DNA of 59,818 bases from Betaproteobacteria bacterium (GCA_039933715.1 JBDTNO010000001.1:1-59818); one strand, 5' to 3'. Positions 48,520-59,069 are shown, numbered from the stretch's first letter. Numbers and translations: made by a program. Notes: a model not told the origin generated them from the letters alone.

Positions 48520-50880
48520 GTGCGCCTCGTCCGCAAGATCGCTTCGCGCACGCTCTCCGCCGCCCTCGCCGCGGCGCTCGCCGCGCCCGCGATCGCGCAG
48601 CGCGTCGAAGGCGCGGACGCGCTGACGCTGCGTCCGTCGCGAGAGCTCGCGCCTCCGGTCGCGCCGCAACGACCCGCGGGGCCGGGCACGAGTCCGGCGC
48701 GTCCGCAACGGCCGTCGCTCGGGATCGAGGACGATCACAACCGCGGCGTCGTGTTCCTGCGCGCCGACAAGCTCGAGGGCGTCGCGCAGCGCGAAGTGAC
48801 GGCGGAAGGCCACGTCGAGCTGCGCACGCACCATGAGACGGTGCTTGCCGACCGCCTCGTCTACGACCTCGCGCGCGACGAGGTCCACGCGACCGGCAAC
48901 GTGCTGCTGCGCAAGGGCTTCGACTTCGTGACCGGCCCCGAGCTCACCTATCGGCGCGACACCGAGACGGGGACGTTCCGCTCGCCGGCCTTCCACGTCG
49001 GCGAGACCGGGGCGCGCGGCGACGCGTCGGCGATCACGTTCGCCGGTCCGGGCCGCTACCAGGTCGCGGACGGCCGCTACACGACCTGCGTCGCGCCGCG
49101 CGAGGACTGGTTCCTGCAGACGCGCGAGCTCGAGCTCGACACCGACCGCATGGTGGGCACGGCGCGCGATGCGACCGTGCGCTTCTTCGGCGCACCGATC
49201 TTTTATGCGCCCTACCTCGAGTTCCCGCTGTCGAACGAGCGCAAGAGCGGCTTCCTCGTGCCGACCGCGGGCTCGTCGGGCGCGCGCGGCCTCGAGCTCG
49301 CGCTGCCCTACTACTTCAACCTCGCGCCGAACTACGACGCGACGGTGACGCCGCGCATCATGAGCAAGCGAGGCATCCAGGTCGGCGGGCAGTTCCGCTA
49401 TCTGTTCGGCGGCGACGACACCCAGAACGCCGGCGAGGCGGACGCGCAGGTGCTGCCCAACGACCGGCAGACCGGCGAGACGCGCTACGCGCTCGTGTGG
49501 CGCCACCAGCAGCAGCTTCCGAAGGGCTTCGGCGCCTACCTCGACCTCAACAAGGTCAGCGACGACAAGTATTTCGCCGATCTCGCCGACCGCATCGCGA
49601 TCACGTCGCAGACGACGCTGCCGCGTGAGGCGGGAATCACCTACGGCAACGGGCCTTGGAGCGTGCTCGGGCGCGTGCAGACGTTCCAGACGCTGCAGGA
49701 TCCGAGCGCGCCCATCGTGCCGCCGTACGACCGCGTCCCGCAGATCGTCGGGACGCTCGCCGAGACCGACTGGGCGGGGCTCTCGTTCTCGGGCTTCGGC
49801 GAGTACGCGCGGTTCCGCTCGGAACGGCTGGTCGAGGGCGGACGGGCGGTGCTGTACCCGCAGGTCGCGTGGAAGCGCGGCGCCCCCGGCTGGTTCGTGG
49901 CGGCGCGCACCGGCATCCACCTGCGCCGCTACGACCTCGACGCCTCGTTCGGCCCCGACCGGGAGCGCAACCTCGCGATTCCCATCTCGAGCCTCGACGG
50001 GGGCCTCGTGTTCGAGCGCGAGTGGGAGCTTTTCGGCACGCGATTCACCCACACGCTCGAGCCCCGCGCCTACTACGTCTACATCCCGTTCCGCGAGCAG
50101 AACACGCTGCCGGTGTTCGACTCGGCGCTCGACGACTACAACTTCGGGCAGCTCTTCACCGAGAACCGGTACCTCGGCAACGACCGGATCGGCGACGCGA
50201 ACCAGCTCACCATCGGCGTGACGTCGCGCCTCCTGCAGATCGGCACCGGCGCCGAACGGCTGCGCGTCGCGCTGGCGGAGCGGTTCTACTTCGAAGACCA
50301 GCGCGTGACGCTGAACGAGCAGCCGCGCTCGGCGTCGAGCTCGGACATCCTGTTCGCCGTCGAGGGTCGCATCTCGGAAGCGTGGACGCTCGCGGGGCTC
50401 CTGCAGCAGAACCTCGACGTCGGCCAGACCGAGCGCTTCAACCTCGCCGTGCGCTACACGCCCGCGCCCGGCAGCGCGTTCTCGGCGAGCTACCGGTTCA
50501 CGCGCCAGCTAGTCAACCCCAGCGGCACGTCCGAGCAGATCAAGCAGATCGACCTCGCCGCGCAGTGGCCGGTGAACGCCCAGTGGACGCTGCTCGGGCG
50601 CTTCAACTACTCGCTGACCGACCGCAAGCTCCTCGAGGGCATCGCGGGCGTCGAGTACAATGGCGACTGCTGGGTGCTGCGCGCGGTGCTCCACCGCCTC
50701 GCCACGACGGTCGACCAGACCAACACGTCGTTCTACATCCAGCTGGAACTCAACGGCCTCGCGCGGGTCGGAACCAATCCGCTGGAGCTGCTCCGCCGCA
50801 GCGTGCCGGGTTACGTGCCGGTGAACGACCCGGTGCTGATGCAGCGCGATCGCTCCGGCGATCCGCTCCCTGATTTCTGA
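48520..50880 (+). CDS. lptD: LPS-assembly protein LptD
   Basis: YTTC, RKSGFL.P, PYYFNLAPNYD, SDD.YF.D, LEPR.YY, DRIGDANQ, EY..DCW; start uncertain. Confidence 0.94.
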   Translation: MRLVRKIASRTLSAALAAALAAPAIAQRVEGADALTLRPSRELAPPVAPQRPAGPGTSPARPQRPSLGIEDDHNRGVVFLRADKLEGVAQREVTAEGHVELRTHHETVLADRLVYDLARDEVHATGNVLLRKGFDFVTGPELTYRRDTETGTFRSPAFHVGETGARGDASAITFAGPGRYQVADGRYTTCVAPREDWFLQTRELELDTDRMVGTARDATVRFFGAPIFYAPYLEFPLSNERKSGFLVPTAGSSGARGLELALPYYFNLAPNYDATVTPRIMSKRGIQVGGQFRYLFGGDDTQNAGEADAQVLPNDRQTGETRYALVWRHQQQLPKGFGAYLDLNKVSDDKYFADLADRIAITSQTTLPREAGITYGNGPWSVLGRVQTFQTLQDPSAPIVPPYDRVPQIVGTLAETDWAGLSFSGFGEYARFRSERLVEGGRAVLYPQVAWKRGAPGWFVAARTGIHLRRYDLDASFGPDRERNLAIPISSLDGGLVFEREWELFGTRFTHTLEPRAYYVYIPFREQNTLPVFDSALDDYNFGQLFTENRYLGNDRIGDANQLTIGVTSRLLQIGTGAERLRVALAERFYFEDQRVTLNEQPRSASSSDILFAVEGRISEAWTLAGLLQQNLDVGQTERFNLAVRYTPAPGSAFSASYRFTRQLVNPSGTSEQIKQIDLAAQWPVNAQWTLLGRFNYSLTDRKLLEGIAGVEYNGDCWVLRAVLHRLATTVDQTNTSFYIQLELNGLARVGTNPLELLRRSVPGYVPVNDPVLMQRDRSGDPLPDF

Positions 50881-50888
50881 GGCTTCCG

Positions 50889-52271
50889 ATGACGATGCTT
50901 CGTCGCGTTTCCGCCGCCGCGCTGTCCCTCGCCGCTGCGGCGTCCCTGTGCGCGCAGGCGCAACCGCAGACGCCGCCGGGCGTGCGGCCGCCACCGCCCA
51001 CGGTGCGCCTCGGACCCGCGCCCGCGCCCGCCCCCGTCGCCAGCGGCCCGATCGCGCTCGACCGTGTCGTCGCCGTCGTCAACGACGAGGCGCTGACGCT
51101 CTTCGAGATGAACGAGCAGAAGCGCATCCTCGTGCAGCAACTGCGCGAGTCGAAGCTTCAGCCGCCGGCGCCCGACGTGCTCGACAAGCAGGTGCTCGAC
51201 CGGCTGATCACCGAGCGCGCGCTGTTGCAATACGCGAAAGAAACCGGCATCCGCGTCGACGACACGACCGTCGAGCGCACGATCCTGCGCATCGCGCAGG
51301 AGAACAAGCTCTCGCCCGAGGATTTCCGCAAGGCGCTCGATCGCGAAGGCATTGCGTACGGCAAGTACCTCGAGGACGTCCGGCGCGAGCTCGTGATCCA
51401 GCGGCTGCGCGACCGCGAGATCGACAGCAAGGTCTTCATCTCCGACGCCGAGGTGGACAACTACCTGGCGACGGTCGCCGCGCAGGCGGGCGGCGAGAAC
51501 GAATACCTGATCTCGCACATCCTCGTGCGCGTCTCCGAACAGAGCTCGCCCGACCAGATCGAGCAGCGGCAGACGCGGGCACGCGACGCGCTCGCCAGGA
51601 TCCGCGCGGGCGAGGACTTCGGGCAGGTCGCCGCGACCTGGTCGGACGCGACCGACGCGCAGCAGGGCGGCAGCCTCGGCTGGCGATCGCCGGCGCGCCT
51701 GCCGTCGGTGTTCGTCGAGCCGGTGCGCTCGCTGAAGAAGGGCGAGGTGTCGGATGTGCTCCGGAGCCCCGCGGGCTTTCACATCGTCAAGGTCATCGAC
51801 GAGCGCGGCCGCAACGCGCCGAACGTCGTCCAGCAGACGCGCGTGCGCCACATCCTCGTCAAGGTGAGCGAGCTCACCTCCGACGTCGAGGCGAAGGCGA
51901 AGATCGACCGCATCCGCGAGCGGATCGACACCGGCGCCAAGTTCGAGGACCAGGCGCGCGTGAATTCGGAGGACGCGTCGTCCGCGAAGGGCGGGGATCT
52001 CGGCTGGATCTCGCCCGGCGACGTCGTGCCGGATTTCCAGCGCGCGATGGAGGCGCTCAAGGTGAACGAGCTCTCGCAGCCGGTGCGCTCGCCCTTCGGC
52101 TGGCACCTGATGCAAGTGCTCGAGCGCCGGCAACAGGACGTGTCGAAGGACCGTCAGCGCGATCAGGCGCGCTCGGCGCTGCGGCTGCGCAAGTCGGACG
52201 AGCAGTTCGCCGAGTTCGTGCGCCAGACGCGCGACCGCGCCTACGTCGAGATCAAGACGGACGAGCGTTGA
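50889..52271 (+). CDS. surA: Periplasmic chaperone/PPIase SurA
   Basis: DRVVAVVN, two parvulin domains (HILV, GG.LGW, G.HI/L), R.RAYVEI; follows lptD. Confidence 0.95.
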   Translation: MTMLRRVSAAALSLAAAASLCAQAQPQTPPGVRPPPPTVRLGPAPAPAPVASGPIALDRVVAVVNDEALTLFEMNEQKRILVQQLRESKLQPPAPDVLDKQVLDRLITERALLQYAKETGIRVDDTTVERTILRIAQENKLSPEDFRKALDREGIAYGKYLEDVRRELVIQRLRDREIDSKVFISDAEVDNYLATVAAQAGGENEYLISHILVRVSEQSSPDQIEQRQTRARDALARIRAGEDFGQVAATWSDATDAQQGGSLGWRSPARLPSVFVEPVRSLKKGEVSDVLRSPAGFHIVKVIDERGRNAPNVVQQTRVRHILVKVSELTSDVEAKAKIDRIRERIDTGAKFEDQARVNSEDASSAKGGDLGWISPGDVVPDFQRAMEALKVNELSQPVRSPFGWHLMQVLERRQQDVSKDRQRDQARSALRLRKSDEQFAEFVRQTRDRAYVEIKTDER

Positions 52272-53346
52272 TCGCCGGCGTCCCGCCGCGCTTCCAGCGC
52301 AGCGCCGGCCGCTCGATCGCGTGCCAGCTCGCGACGCCGAGCACGAGCACGATCGGGTACGCGAAGCCGAACAGCAGCCACGGCGACACGGATCCCACGA
52401 TCGACGCGATCGCCTGCTGCGTCGGGTACGCATAGACGTAGATCCCGTACGAATAGTCGCCGAAGCGTCGGAACGACGGCAGGTCGAATGCCGGGTGGTA
52501 GCCGAGGACCAGCGTCGCGTAGACGATCGCGCCGAAAAGCCCGTAGACCTCGATGCGGGTGCCGAGCAATGCCCACGCCGCCCCGAGCGCGACCGCCGCG
52601 ATCCATGGCGACAGCACGATGCGGTCGCGCCACACGTACGCGAGCGTGCCGGCGACGAACGTTCCCGCGAGCCGCGGGCCCAGGAACGCGTCGCCGCGCG
52701 GCATCGCGGCGATGAATCGCGGCGACGTTTCCCCGAGCGCGAACAGCGCGACGGCCAGCGCCAGGGCGAGCCACGGACGACGCAGCGCGCCTGCGAGGCC
52801 TGCGACCGCGAGCGCCGCGTAGCACGACACTTCGAGCCACAGCGTCCACAACGAGCCGTTGATGGCGAACGGGTAGGGGTTGTCCGCGAACACGCCGGGC
52901 AGCCGGTCGAATCCGACGAACAGCAGCGTCCTGCGCACGTAGAGCCACGTCCTCGCGTCGGTCAGGTACTCGGCGAGCGGCAACGTCGTCGCCCAAGCGC
53001 CGATGACGAACGCCGCGTAGAACGTCGTCGCGGCATACGCCGGCAGGATGCGCAACGCGCGCGATCGCAGGAAATCGGCGAGGCCGGCGGAGCGATCGTA
53101 GCTTCGCGCGACCAGGTATCCGCTGATCGCGAAGAAGACGATGACCGCGAGCGACGCGAAATCGAAAATGCGCGTCGCCCGGGCGAGAGGCTCGTCGGCG
53201 AGGTGCCCGGAGAGCGGGTAGCTGTGCGAGTAGACGACGAGCGAGGCGGCGACGAAGCGCAGCAGGTTGAGGTTGTTGTCGCGCCCGTGATCGAGCGCGC
53301 CGAGGTTCGCGGACTTCGGCGGCAAACGTCGGTAACCCGGAGTCAC
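52252..53346 (-). CDS. Acyltransferase-3 (OafA/YrhL-like) membrane protein
   Basis: NN.NLLRF.AA, FFAISGYL, RALRILP, NGSLWTL..E, GDYSYGIYVY, SWHAIERP. Confidence 0.92.
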   Translation of the reverse strand: MTPGYRRLPPKSANLGALDHGRDNNLNLLRFVAASLVVYSHSYPLSGHLADEPLARATRIFDFASLAVIVFFAISGYLVARSYDRSAGLADFLRSRALRILPAYAATTFYAAFVIGAWATTLPLAEYLTDARTWLYVRRTLLFVGFDRLPGVFADNPYPFAINGSLWTLWLEVSCYAALAVAGLAGALRRPWLALALAVALFALGETSPRFIAAMPRGDAFLGPRLAGTFVAGTLAYVWRDRIVLSPWIAAVALGAAWALLGTRIEVYGLFGAIVYATLVLGYHPAFDLPSFRRFGDYSYGIYVYAYPTQQAIASIVGSVSPWLLFGFAYPIVLVLGVASWHAIERPALRWKRGGTPAINARPS

Positions 53347-53503
53347 GTCGCCTCGGGCGCGCGGCGCCGCCGACGCGGGACGAAGCCGGCACGGGGCAAC
53401 GAACTTGCCGAGCGAGCGGCCGACCGTCTTCCGGCTGCGAGAGCGAATTCCGTGGTCCCGCGAAGCTCATCCGGGGCGATGCGCACGACGGCCGGCATCC
53501 GTG

Positions 53504-54730
53504 TCAGCGAATGGCGTTGATCGTCATCGTCGTCGCCAGCAGCGCCGCGGCCCAGATGCCCAGCACGACGACGGGATCGAGCGCCGCGGATCCCGAAACG
53601 TTCCGGCCGGCCCTCTGGAAGGGTCGTTCGACCAGAACCCACGACGCGATGCTGAGCGGCACGACCACCGCCAGCGTCATCGCGACGAGCACGAAGTACC
53701 CGCGCGCCGAGGGAGGATCCGCCTGGCCGGTGCCGGCCTTCGCCAGCAACTCGACGACGGGTAGATGCCACAGGTAGATGCTGTAGCTGATCGTACCGAG
53801 CCCGACGACCACCGGATGATCGAACAGCGAAACGAACTTCGTCCGCGCTCCCGTGATGGCGCAAAGTACGAGGCAGATGCAAAGATGGATCCAGAACGGC
53901 CGCATGAATCCCGCGACGTCGTAGTAGTGGACGACGCCGGGCTGCCGTTCGAACACATAAGGGACGGCCGCGAGCATCGCGCATGCGGTGATCGCCGACG
54001 CGCGTGCGACGGGGCGGGTCATCGGATGGCGAAGGCTGATGGCGGAGGCGGCCATGCCGGCGCAAAACGCGTCCAGCCGGATCAGCACCAGGAGTTGTCC
54101 GAATCCATCGTCGCTCAGCATCACCTGCGCCTTGGTGGCGAGCACCACGCATGCGGCGGCCGCGAAGAGCGCGACGGGCCCCGCGCGGCGCAGGAGCGCG
54201 AAGAGCAACGGGAACAGCAAGTAGAAATGCCACTCGAACGGCAGCGTCCAGAAAACGCCGTTCATCGACGTGATGTACTTCTCCACGAAGTTGTGGCTCA
54301 TCCAGAGGTGGAGAAACAGGTCGAGGTTGCCGGGGACCGAGCGATAGACGCCGGCGAGCGCGAGCGCGACGAGCACGCTGATGCATGCGAAATAGGCCGG
54401 GAACACGCGCAGGATCCGCCGGCGAAGGAAGCTCCAGTACGGCTCGCCGACCGAGGTCGTCTTCGCGGCGTCGCCGACGCGGGTGCGCCCGGCTTCGATC
54501 CGGGCGAAAGCCACGCGCGTGAGCAGGAAGCCCGACAGCACGAAGAAGATGTCGACGCCGATCCATCCGTATTTCGCATACGGCGACAGGTCCAGCGCGA
54601 ATCCCGCGAAAGCGATGTCGATCGACGGATGTCCGGCGTTGAGCCACGCGTGGAAGACCAGGACCGACAGCGCGGCATAGGCGCGGACGCCGGTCAACGC
54701 GTCGATGTGCGAAGGCGCCGCGGCGTTCAC
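53504..54730 (-). CDS. Acyltransferase-3 (OafA/YrhL-like) membrane protein
   Basis: LTGVRAYAA, GVDIFFVLSGFL, RRILRVFPAY, WTLPFEWHFY, SYSIYLWH, VERP. Confidence 0.92.
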   Translation of the reverse strand: MNAAAPSHIDALTGVRAYAALSVLVFHAWLNAGHPSIDIAFAGFALDLSPYAKYGWIGVDIFFVLSGFLLTRVAFARIEAGRTRVGDAAKTTSVGEPYWSFLRRRILRVFPAYFACISVLVALALAGVYRSVPGNLDLFLHLWMSHNFVEKYITSMNGVFWTLPFEWHFYLLFPLLFALLRRAGPVALFAAAACVVLATKAQVMLSDDGFGQLLVLIRLDAFCAGMAASAISLRHPMTRPVARASAITACAMLAAVPYVFERQPGVVHYYDVAGFMRPFWIHLCICLVLCAITGARTKFVSLFDHPVVVGLGTISYSIYLWHLPVVELLAKAGTGQADPPSARGYFVLVAMTLAVVVPLSIASWVLVERPFQRAGRNVSGSAALDPVVVLGIWAAALLATTMTINAIR

Positions 54731-54836
54731 CGCACGACCCCCGCGATCGGCGGACGTCGGCGCGCGCCCCGGCCGGAGAACGTCTCGTGCATCGCACCGC
54801 TGGACCGACCGCGCAGCTCGCGCACGCGTGGGGCCG

Positions 54837-57335
54837 TCAACCGCCTCGAACGCCGGCCGCGAAGGCGCTGGCGCCCGGGTACAGCAGGATGCGGTTCACG
54901 CGCGCGCTCGCGACTCCGGGTTCGTATGTGAGGTCGAACCTGATCTGCGTCGCGATCCGGCCGCGCCACGCGCCGGGCCATTTCAGCCCGACCCCCTCGC
55001 CGCCGCTCGCGCCGCCGATCCTTTGCCACGCGCTGTCCGGCGCGAGCCTCGCATGGATCTCGATCCTGCGCGGCTTGGGACCCGTCCACGCGCGAATTTC
55101 GGCCAGCGCGAGGCGGTCGGGGCGAAACACCTGATCGGGCGGCGAGACCAGCTCGACTACGCCGTTCTCCGGCGCGAGCGCGAGCTCGCTGTAGCCATCG
55201 GTCAGCTTGCCGCGCGACGCCGTCCATCCGTCGTCGGTCGCGAATTGCGCCGCTCCGAACGTCCACAGCCTGGCGCCTCGCGGGAGGTCCGCCCGCGCGA
55301 CCATCGCGTCCTTCATCGCGGTTTCGGAGAGCGTATTCCGGAACGCCGTGTACGGCAGGTAGTCCGGTTCGTTCTCGAACACGCCGTTCGACCCGTTCCA
55401 CGCCATCATCGCGATCTGCCGGCCGTCGTAGTTGAACATGCTCCGAAACGTCCGGTACGACGCTTCGTAGTCGGGTTTCCGCCGGGGTGTCTTGAGATCG
55501 GTGGCGTTGAACTCGACCACCGCCCAGCCTTCGTCGAAGCGCGCGATGTTGCTGTACACGCCGCGTCCGTTCGCCATCCCGTGACGATCCTGCGCCGACA
55601 ATCCGTACATGATCGTGCCGAGATGGCCGACGCGCGGAACCGCGCCTTCGATCGAGACCCCGGCCGAGTCGTAGTCGGGCGACGGGCCGCGAATCCTGAC
55701 CGAGACCGGAAGCAAGCCCGGATCGGGAGCCGTGAAGGCTTGCGCCGTGAAGATGCGATCGCCCGGGATCCCGGCGGCATGCACCCAGTCCGCGAGCTCG
55801 ACGTAATGGAGATGCACGACGTGCTTGCGGAAGGCGTCCCATTCCAGATACCAAGCGTCCTTCCAGAACGGCGTCTTTCCCTCGGGAACGGCGAGGCTGT
55901 TCGCGCCGACGAACTCGCGCGGCGGGTCCACTTCGTCCCAGGATTTCCAGGCCTGCCCGGCCAGGCGGTTGACCTGCGCGAGCGTGAGCGGATCGGGACG
56001 GCGGAACGAGCGCAGGTCGGGAACGCCGGCCCTGGCGCGACCCGCATAGGCTCCTGCGCCGCGAAGCCATTCCCGGAACTGACGAAGCATGCCGGGGTTG
56101 TAGTCGAATCGGTAGCCGCCTCCGAGAAAAGGGTTCATGTAGGTGTCGGCGTCCAGTGTCACGCCCACCAGCAACTCCGGATGGGAGCGGCGGAACTCTT
56201 CGATGCGCTTCGCCGCGGCCTGCAGGTTGCGGCGCTTGTAGTTGCGATTCTTCGTCGCGTAGACGTGATAGGTCAGCGAATTGGCGAGCTGCGGACCCGA
56301 GATCGAGCCGGTGAGGTCCTTCACGAGGTTGTCGGGATGCACCTCGTTGCGCTGGTCCCACTGGCAGTTGTCGCGATCCTGCTCGAGATGGTCGGTGAGA
56401 TCCCAATCCGGCGTCTCGCAGGAGGAATCGCCCCAGATGCCTCCGTTGAGAATGATGTTGACCGGGAGCCGATGGTCGATCGCGTACCTGAGCACGCCGT
56501 CGAGATTGTCCTCGACGATTCGGCGCCCGGCGCATTGGCGGTCGAGATCGAAGGCCGGGTCAAACGCCCAGTCGCCCGCCTTGCCCTTCGTGGTCCGCAT
56601 GTAAAGCAGCGGCACGCTCAGGCCGATGCGTTGCGTGCGCGACTCGTACGCGGCGTACTGGTCGCTGATCTCGTCGGCGCCGCCGAGCGTCACGCCCGAG
56701 GTCATCATCAGGAAATAGAACTTCCGATCCGCCAGTTGCGGCCGCTCGTCGAGCAACGTCTTCCATTGCGTCATCGCCGCCGGCGGGAACAGGCTGCGAC
56801 GACCGAGCACCGTCTCGCGCCCGTTCTTCGCGATCGCGACGACCGTGACGTCGTGGCGCATCGGCAGGAGATCGGCGAAGTCGCCCTCGAACGTGAAGCC
56901 GGCGTTCGGGTTGTCGGGGAAGCCGGGCTTCACCTTCGCGACGTCCTCGCGCGCGGTGCCGTAGCGCGCCTGGTAGACGCGATCGTCGACGCGCACCTCG
57001 ACACGCGCGACGCCGTCGCCCGCGAGCGCCCAGCCGTTCAGCGCGAGCTTCGTGCCGACGACGCTTTCGCTGGCGGGCTCGTCGAGCCAGCCTTCGGGTG
57101 CGGGGAGGTCGGCCGGCACGCGCGCGATCGGCGCGAGCCCCCCGACGGCCGGAGAGAGCGCCGTCGTGGGCGCGGGCGCCGATGCGACGGGTGGAGGAGA
57201 TCCGACGCGGCCGTATTTCTGGATCGCGTAGAACTCGACGCCGGCCAGCGCGACGATCGCGCCGAGGATGCCGAGGACGACCTTCGGCACGCGGCCGTGC
57301 TGGCGACGGGGTGGACGTGGGGTCACGGCGCGCAT
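54837..57335 (-). CDS. Membrane-anchored protein with Ig-like domain and GH42-like glycoside hydrolase barrel
   Basis: N-terminal TM; GWLDEP..NGWALA..GVARVEVRVD Ig-like domain; FDYNP..RQFREWL, QVNRLAG..W.SWDEVDPP, EWDAFR, VVEFN; start may be GTG 57326. Confidence 0.72.
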   Translation of the reverse strand: MRAVTPRPPRRQHGRVPKVVLGILGAIVALAGVEFYAIQKYGRVGSPPPVASAPAPTTALSPAVGGLAPIARVPADLPAPEGWLDEPASESVVGTKLALNGWALAGDGVARVEVRVDDRVYQARYGTAREDVAKVKPGFPDNPNAGFTFEGDFADLLPMRHDVTVVAIAKNGRETVLGRRSLFPPAAMTQWKTLLDERPQLADRKFYFLMMTSGVTLGGADEISDQYAAYESRTQRIGLSVPLLYMRTTKGKAGDWAFDPAFDLDRQCAGRRIVEDNLDGVLRYAIDHRLPVNIILNGGIWGDSSCETPDWDLTDHLEQDRDNCQWDQRNEVHPDNLVKDLTGSISGPQLANSLTYHVYATKNRNYKRRNLQAAAKRIEEFRRSHPELLVGVTLDADTYMNPFLGGGYRFDYNPGMLRQFREWLRGAGAYAGRARAGVPDLRSFRRPDPLTLAQVNRLAGQAWKSWDEVDPPREFVGANSLAVPEGKTPFWKDAWYLEWDAFRKHVVHLHYVELADWVHAAGIPGDRIFTAQAFTAPDPGLLPVSVRIRGPSPDYDSAGVSIEGAVPRVGHLGTIMYGLSAQDRHGMANGRGVYSNIARFDEGWAVVEFNATDLKTPRRKPDYEASYRTFRSMFNYDGRQIAMMAWNGSNGVFENEPDYLPYTAFRNTLSETAMKDAMVARADLPRGARLWTFGAAQFATDDGWTASRGKLTDGYSELALAPENGVVELVSPPDQVFRPDRLALAEIRAWTGPKPRRIEIHARLAPDSAWQRIGGASGGEGVGLKWPGAWRGRIATQIRFDLTYEPGVASARVNRILLYPGASAFAAGVRGG

Positions 57336-57536
57336 TGTAGCGATTGCGGTCGCGCATCCCGGCCGGCCGGAGCGCGTTGGCCGGACGTACGGCGCCGGGC
57401 CGATGTCGAAGCCACTATGCGGTGCGACGCGAAGTCAGACGGCAACCGGGACTGCCGGAGCGCCGGTCACGCAGGCGACCCGTTCACGTCGCGCGATGCG
57501 TCAAGCCGCGGGCGCCAACGCGGCGACCGCCGTGGT

Positions 57537-57743
57537 TCAGAGCTCGCCGAAGTAGACGTACGCGTTCTGCGGGACGCGGCCCTCATCCCTCTCGCCTTCG
57601 TCGGCGAGCGCACGCGGCGACTTGTCCCACCAGATCGCACGGCCTTTCTTCTGATCGGCGACGAGCTCCGGCTTGTTCGCGAGGACGTCGCGAATGAACT
57701 GCGTGTGCTCGGAGACGTAGTGGCGGGCGGGGAGCATTCCCAT
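57537..57743 (-). CDS. DUF3460-like small protein
   Basis: YVSEHTQF, P.L...Q..GRAIWWDK, RVPQ.AYVY. Confidence 0.82.
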   Translation of the reverse strand: MGMLPARHYVSEHTQFIRDVLANKPELVADQKKGRAIWWDKSPRALADEGERDEGRVPQNAYVYFGEL

Positions 57744-57906
57744 GGGGCTCGATTTATCGGTTGGGAAACGGCCCATGCGGCGATGGGCGATGGAACCGCT
57801 GCCGCGCCATGGCGCCGTCGCGGCGGGGCTCGACGCCTGCCTAGTCTACCCTGCCGCCGGAACGCGCGGCCGGCGTGCGGGCGATCGCGCCAACCCGCTC
57901 ACGACG

Positions 57907-59052
57907 CTAGGCATCGAGCTTCCCGCTCACGATCCGGTACGCGTACAGCCGGCATTCGATCGCGCCGTTCCACAGCGGGATGCGCTTGTCCGCCTTGAGC
58001 CCGATCTTCTTCGGCAGGGCGGTATCGCCCGAGAACAGCCACGCGCTCCAGCCCGCGTAACGCGCCTTCAGCGCGTCGCCGAGCGGCCCGTACATCGCCG
58101 CGAGGCGCGCCTTGTCGTCGAGGCGGATGCCGTAGGGCGGATTGGTGACGATCACGCCGGCCGGCGCCGGCGCGGGACGCACGAGCACGTCCGCCTGCTC
58201 GATCGCGAGGAACGCGTCGACTTCGGCGAGCCTGGCGTTGGCGCGCGTCGTCGCCACCGCGGCCGCGAGTCGATCGCTAGCGAACACCATCGGCGCGGAG
58301 GGCGCGCGCTTCACGCGATCGCGCGCGTGCTGCCGGATGCGTTGCCACGCCGGGCCGTCGAACCACGCGAGCTTCTGGAACCCGAACGTGCGCGCGAGGC
58401 CGGGCGCGCGATCGGCCGCGATCGACGCAGCCTCGATCGCGATCGTTCCGCTGCCGCACATCGGATCGAGGAAGGCGGTACCCGGCTGCCAGCCCGAGAG
58501 CGCGATCAGGCCCGCGGCGAGATTCTCGCGCAGCGGCGCCTCCTCGGCGTCGCGACGCCAGCCGCGCTTGAACAGCGGCTCGCCGGATGTGTCGAGATAG
58601 AACGTCGCGTCGCGGTCGGTGAGGTAGGCGTGCACGCGAACGTCGGGCGCGCGCTTGTCGACCGAGGGCCGCGTGCCCCGCTCGTCGCGGAAGCGATCGC
58701 AGACCGCGTCCTTCACGGTCAGCGTCGCGAACTCGAGGCTGCGCAACGGCGATCGCGTCGCAGCGACGTCGACGCGGATCGTGCGGTCGGCGCGAAAATG
58801 CGTGGGCCATGCGATGGCGCGCGCGGTGGCATTGAGCTCGTGCTCGTCGCGGTACGGGCCGCCACCGACTTTCCAGAGCACGCGGCTCGCGAGCCTGGAT
58901 TCGAGGTTGACGCGGTAAGCGAGGTCGATCGCGCCCTGGTAGCCGACCCCTCCGTCGACCGCGCCGATCGATGCCGCGCCGAGGCGCTCGAGCTCGGCCG
59001 CGAGCGCGGCTTCGAGCCCGCGCGGGCAAGGTGAAAAAAAGCTCTCGGCCAC
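57907..59052 (-). CDS. rlmL: THUMP-domain class I SAM RNA methyltransferase (stand-alone RlmL-like)
   Basis: CPRGLE, KDAVCDRF, DTSGEPLFKRG.R, APLRENLA, DPMCGSGT, NPPYG, NGAIECR. Confidence 0.85.
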   Translation of the reverse strand: MAESFFSPCPRGLEAALAAELERLGAASIGAVDGGVGYQGAIDLAYRVNLESRLASRVLWKVGGGPYRDEHELNATARAIAWPTHFRADRTIRVDVAATRSPLRSLEFATLTVKDAVCDRFRDERGTRPSVDKRAPDVRVHAYLTDRDATFYLDTSGEPLFKRGWRRDAEEAPLRENLAAGLIALSGWQPGTAFLDPMCGSGTIAIEAASIAADRAPGLARTFGFQKLAWFDGPAWQRIRQHARDRVKRAPSAPMVFASDRLAAAVATTRANARLAEVDAFLAIEQADVLVRPAPAPAGVIVTNPPYGIRLDDKARLAAMYGPLGDALKARYAGWSAWLFSGDTALPKKIGLKADKRIPLWNGAIECRLYAYRIVSGKLDA

Positions 59053-59069
59053 GAAGCGCGCGTGCGCCG

